From NCBI GenBank assembly GCA_025603075.1, contig MU626262.1, positions 124,001 to 188,000 of the forward strand: 64,000 nucleotides of DNA, given 5' to 3'. Under the pieces are notes generated by a model. It ran no database searches and had not been told where the DNA came from. It saw nothing but the letters and a program-made list of their open reading frames with translations. This DNA is from Neoconidiobolus thromboides FSU 785. Its lineage: Eukaryota > Fungi > Entomophthoromycota. The position numbers were made by a program, and so were the translations under genes. Positions 1 through 10,131 of this stretch are shown here, one piece after another; the stretch's first letter is position 1, and every line of letters starts with the position of its first letter.

Positions 1-90
1 TACATGAGAAAAACGAGAGGATGCCCACCAAGTGGATAAATGATTAAGCTCTTCGTCGTAGCAAGTTGTTTCGTTACAGAATTGAGTCAT
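1..90 (-). CDS. ICL1: 5' end of probable isocitrate lyase (or methylisocitrate lyase), running off the left edge
   Basis: Not in the ORF track. The minus strand from ATG at 90 reads MTQFCNETTCYDEELNHLSTWWASSRFSHV (30 codons, open to position 1). This matches the fungal ICL N-terminal pattern Y..E+..+..WW..SR[FW]. Only 30 aa are visible. Confidence 0.65.
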   Translation of the reverse strand, partial: MTQFCNETTCYDEELNHLSTWWASSRFSHV

Positions 91-1537
91 GTCGAAGTAA
101 AAATGATTGATATGACAAATTTTTCTTTCTTTTTAAACCTTTTTGGGTGTGTAGAATTGTTGTCGTCATCTATTATTTCAACAAATCTGATGAAACGTCA
201 ACCTAAGAATAGTGCCAATTATTTATTTGATAACACAATTTGATTGAGTATAATTATAAGGGTTAAATGTGGGTAGTAAGTGTAAGTGCCAAAAAAATTG
301 GGATTAAACCAATCACCTTTATATGTAAGGTAACTAACATTTATTTAATTTCTCCTTTTTTTAATAGCAAAACTGACAAAAAAAACTCGTTATTTAAAGG
401 AGTAAAAAGCTAAACATAAAGTGAATGAATGTCTGATTAATAATTGAACACAGATGCCTTTTTTACCCGCTATTTTTTGCTTTTTATCCTTAAATTGATG
501 TTTTTAGTTAAGTCATCTATCAAATGAAAACATATCCATATGTTATTTAGACTTCATATTTTCAAAAAATTAAAATTGTAATCATCCACATCCAATAAAA
601 AGACACAAAAAAATGGTTTTTAAAAAACGAACTCTAGTTAAAGCTAACAGTAGTATAATTGAAAATTTCTTAATCATTGGCTCAATTTGACTAAAGGATA
701 AATGATTCCAATTTAAAATGAAAGTTTAGGTAAACTAGGGTTAAAAGCTCAAATCATTAATTGCAATAGATAAATTACTATCAAACTTCTTTTTTTATAA
801 ATCGCTAACAAGCTTTCTAAATTTAAATTTCAAGTATTTTCATCTGAACTAATGTCTTCAACTAAGAACTTTTTATCTTTTAGTTTAAGTAAAGCTTTTG
901 TCATGCTATTAATTGCTTCACATTTGACTTAAAAGTGATTGGTAGGAAGATAAAAAAAATTATCCGAAATCAGCCAATCAGTTATGATTATTTGTTTAAA
1001 TAAACTCAAATCAAAACAATTTTAATAGTTTATAACACATTTTTATAAAAATAAAAATAAATTTCATCATGTAGAATCTACCAAATTCTAATGCAAAAAT
1101 TAAATAAACGCAAATCTAACCTTATCTTTAATCACTTAACTTTTTTATAAATTAAAACTAATATAATAGCTAAATAATGTTAATTTGAAGTTAAAATAAG
1201 TTAAGGTTAAAGCTATAATTTAGAAACAATATAAAATGTTAATATTCTTTAATTTAAAATACTTGTGTTTATTTTTAATTAAACTATTATTAATTTATCT
1301 AAGTAAGTGTAATTATATTATAATGCAAACTTGTCATAAATATAAAAGTTATTAGCTTTAAAATTACTATGTTTTAATCAAAAATACTTTAAATAAGATA
1401 ACACTATTTATATGAATTAAGTTGAATAAAAAAGTTTGAATCAGTTTAGACTTTTAATAATTTTAAATAGTTTAAAATTGATTATGAAATATAATACTAT
1501 AAATGATAAGAATTTGTTAAAATTTATTAATAATGAT

Positions 1538-1643
1538 ATATGGGAGTGTTTTCTTGGCTTCATTGCTTTTTATATCTTTTAAGCGCTATTTGAGCGGAAA
1601 ATTTTTTAGTAAAATTCTTGAACATAAAAATACATCCCCATAT
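1538..1643 (+). mobile_element. ~105-bp palindromic MITE-like repeat, copy 1
   Basis: ATATGGGAGTG...AAGCGCTATTTGAGCGGAAAA...CATCCCCATAT; terminal inverted repeats; homologous to 12 other copies. Confidence 0.85.
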
Positions 1644-1914
1644 ATTAGCTTTTTAAATTATTTTTATTTATTGGAATTTAATATAGACTGTATTTATTAA
1701 ACAATAAGTATTAATTAACAAAACTGGTTTTTATATTATTTTGCTTTAAATACTTCTAGTTTATTTATTAATAAAAACTCTAAATAACTTTTAATAAAAA
1801 ATGTATTAATGCTTTTAAAAAAAAACTATTTTTAATATATTAAAGCATAATAATATAACGTATATATACAAATTTAGTATACTTAGTAGTCTTTATTTTA
1901 TATTATTTAACACT

Positions 1915-1978
1915 TAATTTACTTAAATATTACTTAAAAATAGAAAAAATGACAAAGTTAAAAAAACACCCCTATTTA
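1915..1978 (-). repeat. Degraded partial copy of the ~105-bp repeat
   Basis: acttaaatattacttaaaaatagaaaaaatgacaaagttaaaaaaacacccctat aligns to the reverse consensus actcaaatagcgcttaaaagatggaaaaagtaatgaagccaaaaaaacacccccat; the left half is not recognisable. Confidence 0.55.
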
Positions 1979-2560
1979 ACTGTGAAATCTAATACTCAGT
2001 GATTGGAGTCAAAAACAGCTATTACCTGGTTGACTACACTGTAAGTCGAAAGGTTTTAGATTATATGACTAAGATATACTTGAATTACGAAGAATAGCAT
2101 GTGATAGGCTATGGAATATGTAAAACAAATAGAATAGACAGTACTAATGTAAAATCTACGTAAAATATTATTAAGTAAACTTAGTGGCTTTATCAAATGT
2201 TCGAGATATCAGGGAATAATTCAGTTAAAAAGCCTCGAGTTACTATGTTCTAAAATCTCCGACAAGTATGGATATCAAAACAAGAGGGTAATATTATTTG
2301 CAATGAAGTTGGAAATTATCACACCAAATTAAAATAAGAGACTCTAAATTGATTGTGCTTGAATTTGAGAACAGAGCAACTTAAGTGATTATTATGTTGT
2401 AGTCAATCATGAAGCTGACAAAGCGATTCTCACAATCGTCATTACATTAAAAGTTTAATGAATTATTTTAATAAAATAAACAATCCAGTAAGAAAATTTA
2501 TGAATATATTAATAAAAAACATAAAATTTTATATAAGTTTAATAATAATGAAAATTCATT

Positions 2561-2665
2561 ATATGGGGATGTTTTTCTGTATTTAAGAATTTTACCAACA
2601 AATTTTCCACTCAAATAGTGCTTAAAGATGGAAAAAGTAATGAAGGCAAAAAAACACTCCCATAT
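2561..2665 (-). mobile_element. ~105-bp palindromic MITE-like repeat, copy 2
   Basis: ATATGGGGATG...TTTTCCACTCAAATAGTGCTT...CACTCCCATAT; reverse complement of copy 1. Confidence 0.9.
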
Positions 2666-3128
2666 CGTAGATTGAAATGATAGTTTTATAATGTTATGAT
2701 ATAATTATAAAATTAAATTTAATAAAAACAAGCATTAAAAGCTATATATATGATTTTAGTTTGTTTATGGATTGGTTAAAAAAAGCTATTTAATTATATT
2801 TGTTAAATTTTTATATATTAATGTTTATATAAATAGTACCAAAAAAAACAAAATTTATTATAAAAATTTCGATTCTAATGAAGCTTTGTTCTTTTAACTT
2901 GTTATCTTAATAATTTTGACCTAGTTTGATTTACTAAAAATACAATTATAAATATAAATAATATTTATTTATTTTTAATATTTAGTTCCATTTTCTATAA
3001 TAAAAAAACCTTCTCTATAAAACAAGTATTAAGAAAATATAAAAACAAACTAGAACTATTCTCAATGACATTCCAATTAAACACTGAGTAAACACCATAT
3101 CGAAGGCCTAGACAGTTTTTGTGAAATA

Positions 3129-3235
3129 ATGTGGTAGTATTTTTTTTTACTTCATTATTTTTTCCATCTTTTAAGCGCTGTTTGAGTGGAAAATTTGTTG
3201 GTAAAATTCTTAAATACAAAAATACATCCCCATGT
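3129..3235 (+). mobile_element. ~105-bp palindromic MITE-like repeat, copy 3
   Basis: ATGTGGTAG...TTTTCCATCTTTTAAGCGCTGTTTGAGTGGAAAA...CATCCCCATGT. Confidence 0.85.
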
Positions 3236-3497
3236 GTTGCCTTATAATTTGTTTAATTTTAAGCAATGATTTATAATATTTTTACTTTAGATTACTATAG
3301 CTAGCTTTTAATTAAACAAAACATTTGTATATAGTTAAATCAATATTTAAGACAAAAATAAAGATTAAAGGTATTATTGACATTAGTCTATATGTTAATT
3401 ATAAAGTTTAAGAAAATATAATAATAGATTTAGGAAATGTTTATTATAAAATAAAACTTTAAAAAATTAAACTAAATTGATAAATAAATAATGAATT

Positions 3498-4057
3498 GGG
3501 TACTTTTAAGGTCATATGATAAACTCTACAAAATTTTAATGGATAAAACATAAATTACTTCTAAAATGTTTAAGTAAAAAATAAGAATAGATTATCTAAT
3601 TTTTATCATATTTAACAAAAATCCGGATTTTTTTAACTTTATATCCAATTTTATTTCTAAAAAAATATAATATTATTGAAATAAAATCATCAATGATGCA
3701 TTTTTTATTTACTAGTTATAACTACTTTATTATTTTATAGCTAGAAATTGTATACTGTTGATTACGATGAAAATTTTAATGACATTGGTAAATTTTATTT
3801 TTAAATTTGAAAGGGACAATGAGTACTTTTGAGGTTATAAAAAGTCATAGGAATCAATAAGGATTAAATAATAACAATCACTAATCATTAGTTGTTAGTG
3901 AAATACATTTATTCAGTGGAAACCTTGATTATAATTGGATGATTTATAAATAACTAGGAATATCATCAAATAAATGAGTAGGTTATACAATAGTACGGAA
4001 ATAACAAGAGAGATGGAACATTCTATTTTTATAAAAAAGAGTACTTTTGAGGTTATA
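3498..4057 (+). promoter_or_regulatory. Repeated 19-bp motif upstream of the first OPT gene
   Basis: GAGTACTTTTGAGGTTATA exact at 3821-3839 and 4039-4057; 16/19 variant GGGTACTTTTAAGGTCATA at 3498-3516. Regulatory function is inferred only from position. Confidence 0.4.
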
Positions 4058-4190
4058 GAAAAAAACACTAAATTAAAGAAAAACAAATAAACATGGAAAA
4101 ATATGTATATATAGAAAGACTTGAACTAATAAGATAGTTACCTTGCTTTATAAAAAAAATTTATAGAAAAACAAAGTAGATACCTAAAAG

Positions 4191-6248
4191 ATGGAAAATA
4201 AGACGAATGATTTAAACGATGAAAAGTTGTATGAAATCAATCCAATATTTGTTAAAAATATACTAGATTATAATGATAATCAGATCTTAAATGAAGGTGA
4301 CGATAACCCCATTGAGTTTACTTGGAGAGCATCAATACTAGGTTCCTTTTTAGGTTGTATCATAGCTACAAGCAATATGTATTTAGGATTGAAATCTGGA
4401 TGGACGTTTGCAGCTTCAATATTTGGAGCAATTTTAGGATATGGGATACTAAAACCGTGGTCAAAATTACCGACCTACCTAGGAGGAGGAGGCGAATTTG
4501 GTATAAAAGAAAATTGTACTATACAGACCGCAGCTGTAGCGGCAGGCGGTTTGTTTGCTGGGTATGTTTCAGGAATACCAGCAATGTTTCGATTAAATTT
4601 ACTTCCACCTTTAAATGAATGCTGGTCCATGTTCTTTTTATGGACCTTAGCAGCCGCTTTTTATGGTATGTTCTTTGCGGTTCCATTAAGACACTATTAT
4701 ATTATAAGCCAAAAATTAATCTTTCCTTCTCCTACAGCAGCAGCTAATACAATAATTTCTTTGCATAGTAAAAAAGACAGAACAGCAGCTACTAAAACTA
4801 AATGGTTGTTAAGCTCATTTATTATCTCAATTTTATATAAAATAACTGGTTATTTTATACCGACCATAATTGACCTTCATATATTATATTGGTTCTCATT
4901 AACAAATATTGATAACAATGTTTCACAAACTCTATCAACCATAGATTTGGTATGGAAGTGGCATTTTCAAGTCACAACGGCATTTTTTGGCGCAGGTATG
5001 ATGGTAGGATTAAACACAGCTATTTCTTTCTTTGTAGGGGACATATTGGCTTGGGGAATTATTGGTCCTTATTTATTTTATGATCAGGGTGATCAAGTAT
5101 TGAAAAATAAGCCATGGGGATTTAAAGATAATGGAGCTACCGTACAAACATGGAATTTATGGGTGGGGATAGTTATTTTACTATGCTCTTCATTTACTGA
5201 ATTATTTATGCAGTATAAATCATTATTATCTGCGGTCAAATCTGGTATAATTCAATTAAATAATTTATTAGCAAAAGTAATTCCCATTAAAAAAAGAATA
5301 TTCAATGGCTCTGATAATATAGATCCGGTCCCTATAGAAGGCCAAGTGCCAATTTGGATGTGGGTAACTGGAACACTAGCTTCATTACTTTTAACTGTCT
5401 TAGTTTTAAAATTTTACTTTGAAATGTCAATACCAGCTGGAATTCTAGCTGCTTTGTTGGGCTTTTTGTTTTCGTTCATTGGGTGTCAAACAGCAGGAGA
5501 AACCGACATTAACCCAACTGGCGTCATAGGGAAAGCGTCTCAATTTTGTTTTGCCGGTATACCAGCACCGAGCCTTAATATATTAAGATTAAATAATTTG
5601 ATTGCTGGTAGTGTGGCATCGGCATGTAGTCAACAAACAGTGGATATGGTAGGGGATTTAAAAACTGGTTATTTGTTAAATGTATCTCCACGTTCCCAAT
5701 TTTATGCTCAAATAGTTGGCTCCGTATTTGGTGTAGTTATTGCTGTTGTATTATTTATGTTATTTGCTACTGCTTATCCATGTATATTGGATATAAACTC
5801 TTCGACTGAAACATGTGAATTCCCAGTCCCTGGCGCAGCAGCTTGGACTGGGGTTACTATAGCGTTGACTAAAAATATTAATGATATCATACCTTTGTCA
5901 TGCAAAATAGCATGCTTGATATTTGCGATAGTAACTATAGTATCTACAGTACTTAAAAATACTTTGTTAAAGAATTATAGAGCTTATATGCCGAATTGGA
6001 ATTCTATTGGGTTAGCTTTTGTCAATTCAACACCATGCTTACCTGTTTCAAACTTATTAGGGGCAATTATTGGATTTATTTGGAATAAGTATAATCCTAA
6101 CCTATGGGGAATTGCCGGGATTCCACTAGCATCTGGATTAATTGCTGGTGAAGGTATTGGAGGACTCTTTCATGCTATCTTTAACCTTATTGGTCTATCA
6201 CAAGATGAATATGCTATTAAATTTGCATGTCCAAATAACAAATGTTGA
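4191..6248 (+). CDS. OPT-superfamily transporter (YSL-like clade), paralog 1, intronless
   Basis: 685-aa multi-TM ORF with FTWRA..G, NMYLGLKSGW, ENCTIQTAA, LIFPSPTA, GETDINP, DMVGDLKTG and LASGLIAGEG motifs. Confidence 0.92.
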   Translation: MENKTNDLNDEKLYEINPIFVKNILDYNDNQILNEGDDNPIEFTWRASILGSFLGCIIATSNMYLGLKSGWTFAASIFGAILGYGILKPWSKLPTYLGGGGEFGIKENCTIQTAAVAAGGLFAGYVSGIPAMFRLNLLPPLNECWSMFFLWTLAAAFYGMFFAVPLRHYYIISQKLIFPSPTAAANTIISLHSKKDRTAATKTKWLLSSFIISILYKITGYFIPTIIDLHILYWFSLTNIDNNVSQTLSTIDLVWKWHFQVTTAFFGAGMMVGLNTAISFFVGDILAWGIIGPYLFYDQGDQVLKNKPWGFKDNGATVQTWNLWVGIVILLCSSFTELFMQYKSLLSAVKSGIIQLNNLLAKVIPIKKRIFNGSDNIDPVPIEGQVPIWMWVTGTLASLLLTVLVLKFYFEMSIPAGILAALLGFLFSFIGCQTAGETDINPTGVIGKASQFCFAGIPAPSLNILRLNNLIAGSVASACSQQTVDMVGDLKTGYLLNVSPRSQFYAQIVGSVFGVVIAVVLFMLFATAYPCILDINSSTETCEFPVPGAAAWTGVTIALTKNINDIIPLSCKIACLIFAIVTIVSTVLKNTLLKNYRAYMPNWNSIGLAFVNSTPCLPVSNLLGAIIGFIWNKYNPNLWGIAGIPLASGLIAGEGIGGLFHAIFNLIGLSQDEYAIKFACPNNKC

Positions 6249-7727
6249 CTTAATAAATGATTATTTTTAGCTTTAACCTTTCAATGTAAATTAGACTATT
6301 AGAATTTGACAAATTTATTTTTATACATTTGGTAAAACACAATCATTCGTATTATTGTAAAAAACAAACTGTGTTAATGAATGTTTATTTTATCTTGTGT
6401 GTGAATCAGTGATTTGTGACATTCAAATATTTGTATTTTAGATTAAAAATAAATAATCTTATAAATCTATATTTAATAAAATGTCTTAAATTAACTTAAA
6501 TAGTCTATAATTACATAAGCGAATAAAAAATGTATAATAAATTTAGCTTGGATTACACATAATAAAAACATTTTAAATAATATGAGTAATAAAATAATAA
6601 ATTATCGTTTATTAAAATTAAATTTGAAAAAGCTAATACTACAACTATAGTAGCATATACTAAATAACATAAAAAATAATAATTGGATAATTTAGTGGGG
6701 AAATGAAAATGGCTATTACATCAGCTTTATTCACAATAATATTTCTGTTTTTCTATTTCAAAAGGTGGATTTTATTTCAGTTTTTTTAATATAGTAAGAG
6801 TGTGTTTATTGCATAAAGTTGTAACACAATTTTTGTAGTTTCAGATTAAGGTAGTGTTTAATTGCATAATTTATTAAGTTTATAATTTAACTTTCTAGAA
6901 ATTAAAAATAGATAACTATTATATTGTTAAAAATTAAATTAAAGATCTAAGTTATACTTTTGGTTTATATTGTCAAGTTGGTTAAAAAATACATATAAGT
7001 CTTTGATGTCGTATAAAGCCAGTTGAGTCAAAAACGTTACTATTTAATAATAATTGTATTTTAGGTTATATCCCAAATCTCAATAATAAATTAGCTCTGG
7101 TATAAAAAATTATATTTACCAAAGAATAATAACATATTTGCTGTGTACATTCCCTGTAAAAAAATCAGTGCCTTAAACTGAATCTAAAACATAAAATGGG
7201 TATTTGAGGTTATTGAATAATCACAAATATTGTATAAATTTGACAAAAACATAGAAAAGTAATTAGTCACTAATCAATTGTTCATCGATTTAGAAGCACA
7301 GTCAAAGCTTATTGGCTCTAATTCTACCTTAAGATACGGAAAATTATAAATGATTAATTGATCATTAAAAATTATTTAACCAAATTAAAAGTAATTATCT
7401 AATCGCAAAGTTTCTTTTAATTTGCTAATATTTTTTATTTTAGCAAATAAAAAGTCTTATTAATTTCCTCAACAAATGAAATGCTTTTTTTCATAATAAA
7501 AGCGTTTAACTTCTCAAAATGGCAAAGTGATCTTATATTCACAAACCGGTCCCAGGTAAAAAAGGTGTAAGAAAACTGTTGTTGAAATAAGTAATAATTA
7601 GTAAATAAACCCAGAACTATTGGCTGGCTTAAAGCTATATGGTAGCTAGTATTTAAACTAAGATTAGGCTTGTATCCCTTTTTTTCTCAATTTCATTATT
7701 TTCATTTCATTAAAATTACTGTTAATA

Positions 7728-8486
7728 ATGTCGATTTCAAATAAGCATAAAAATAAAAAAGGTTGGAGAGCCTTTAAAGGAGTTGTGAAATCTTTATTTA
7801 AAGATAATGTTAAATTAAAGAGTGAACAAGCAGAGGAAATTCAATTTGATGGTTTTAGTTGGAGACCGCCTGTTATCCTCAGATTAGAAGAATCTGTATT
7901 TAATCCCGATTACTCGATAACTTTAGGATGTAGCAATAATAGCTCCAGTGAATCACTTACAGCATCGCTCTCAAGCTCATCTTCGATTACTATAGCACAT
8001 CCTTTTTATTTAAGTAAAGTACCCTCAAATGTAAAGATACCGTTAAAGAGTTCTATGAAATCTTTAAGAGCGTCACCTTCAGAACCATGCCTCAATGGAA
8101 TGATAGATAAAAGTGATTCGAGTCTTAACGACACTTTAAACTATCTAAACATTACATTTCATTTTGAAGACAATGATGAAGATAATGAAACTAAAGTTGT
8201 CATTCGTAGCCATACAGCAACCCCATTTAATAAGTGTAAGCGATTGCCATTTTCTAGTCAAGCTCAAGTTAAAACAAACCTTTCAAAAGCGAAGGCTTTA
8301 AGATTTGATGAGAATGTAGTTGTGTATGAAACTTATAACATTGAAGATTATCCAAGGACAGCAGTTGAGCCACCTGAGTTTACCAAGAAAGAACTCGAAA
8401 GAGTGAATAAGGAAATTAGGAAATACAAGCTAGGAGAAATGAGAGTCCATCCTGAGTCATTCAATAATCTACTTCTGTCAGTTTAA
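7728..8486 (+). CDS. Bni4/Phactr-like PP1-targeting protein (Ser-rich N-terminus)
   Basis: 252-aa ORF; C-terminal LRFDENVVVYETYNIEDYPR...KEIRKYKLGEMRVHPES resembles the Bni4/Phactr C-terminal PP1-binding region (RF...Y.R...I..E+..+K..EM.VH..S). Confidence 0.65.
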   Translation: MSISNKHKNKKGWRAFKGVVKSLFKDNVKLKSEQAEEIQFDGFSWRPPVILRLEESVFNPDYSITLGCSNNSSSESLTASLSSSSSITIAHPFYLSKVPSNVKIPLKSSMKSLRASPSEPCLNGMIDKSDSSLNDTLNYLNITFHFEDNDEDNETKVVIRSHTATPFNKCKRLPFSSQAQVKTNLSKAKALRFDENVVVYETYNIEDYPRTAVEPPEFTKKELERVNKEIRKYKLGEMRVHPESFNNLLLSV

Positions 8487-10131
8487 GTTATTTATCATAG
8501 GTATAGGTGCCAAAGTTGTATTTAAGGCACTATTTAGTACTATTTTTTTACATATCATGTTTACGTTTCGTTTTTACTCGTTCCTTTGTCTTTATTTATG
8601 AATTCAAATAAACATTTATCCACTTATTTAGCATTCTCAATATAATTTTTTAAAATTTTATGTATATTTATAAAAAAAAACACTAAATCATTACATAACT
8701 ATTTTACAACTGAACATGATGATGATATTAACTTGTGATTCCTTATTAAAATAGAATAAGCAATTTTTTCAACGTCTTTTTTAAAATCAACTTTAATTAT
8801 GTTTTATTTCAGTTTAAAGCTTAGTTAGAAATAAGAGTTGATTTATTAACACTATGTAAAAGAAGTCATTATTTGAAACAGACATCCTTAGTTATTAAAG
8901 TAAAATAATACAAGTTCTATTTTCTTGGGAAGGATTGGTTAGCTAAGTTACTTGGCTTCCATACTAAGCTCGGTTTTTCGCTATTTTATTTTAGCATTCA
9001 ATTCTACTAAAAAAATGGGCAATAGCTTAGCTATTTGGTTAAAAAACAAGGTTACTTTTTATTGAAAGTAGGCTTTTGAAGTTAGAACCTTATTTCAAAC
9101 CTTCAAATACTAAGTTAAAAAATAGTTTTGTTTTCCTGAGATGTTCCCTGGGTAAAAAGAAACTACTTTCGAAATTAGCAACTTCGTATATCATATTTAA
9201 TTGAAGTATTGATTTAGAATAAAAATAAAATAAAAATTCATTTCAATGTGTTTCTTGATAATATCTATCAAATAAGTAGAGTGTCAATGTTTTTATGTTA
9301 AATGTTTTTATACTCTATTAAGTAAAGTAAGTTTAAAGATACTTTTAGTCTTATAAATATTTAATAGGTGTAAAAAATGAACTCTAACCAAAATAGTCAG
9401 TCTAGCATTTACCCAACACCTCAATTTAAAAGAATAAACTTGTTTTGTATAAGCCTTGAAAATTTTAATTAGCTTTTATGTTTACTAAGTCTATATTTAT
9501 TTCAAAGAACTGTTTATACTAAAAATATAGAATATAAGTTTAGTTACATTAAGTCTCAATTTTATGCCATGCTATTATTTTTTACATAAAAAATCATAGC
9601 GTGTATTTAAATATACTTTATATAGTTGTGCAATATTACAACAAGATAGTCAAAATATATTCAAATGATCCTAAAGTAGTATGAATAATGTGATGATACA
9701 ATGAAAATCATAAATTATAACTACTCATTTTATTCGATGCTTAGTTGTTGTGTGATTGATAAAGCAATATAATGCAGGAAAGGTTCAGTATATTTTTGTA
9801 TAAAGCTATATCAATTGCATCTACTATATTTAATATACAAACGGTATTCAATATTTTTTATTAATACTATTAATGTATAAGGACGCTTTTGACATTATTT
9901 TTTTTCAGGGAGTATATAACAACGTGATTATTTTTTATTATTATTAATATCATATGTAGAACTTGTTGGGTAATAGCTGACAATCTTTTATAAAAAATTC
10001 AACAAGATTACTTTGTTTAGGAAACACTATCTGTTCACATTTAAATAAGATTTATTAATACTATTTAATAACATAACTTAAATAAGTATAAATATAGATA
10101 CTTTACATATTCTTCAAAAAAATTGTTTACT

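Noticed and set aside
40-243. 67-aa plus-strand ORF
   Set aside because: Antisense to the ICL-like start and its leader; no protein-like features.
2305-2345. Similarity to the inner edge of the 49.2-kb TIR element (ATTATCACACCAAATTAAA)
   Set aside because: Short and AT-rich; does not extend into the TIR.
2995-3219. Short ORFs overlapping repeat copies (also 33459-33659 and 48818-49003)
   Set aside because: They arise from chance loss of stops in individual repeat copies; the consensus has a TAG in the frame used by the 2995-3219 ORF, so the element is not a coding cassette.
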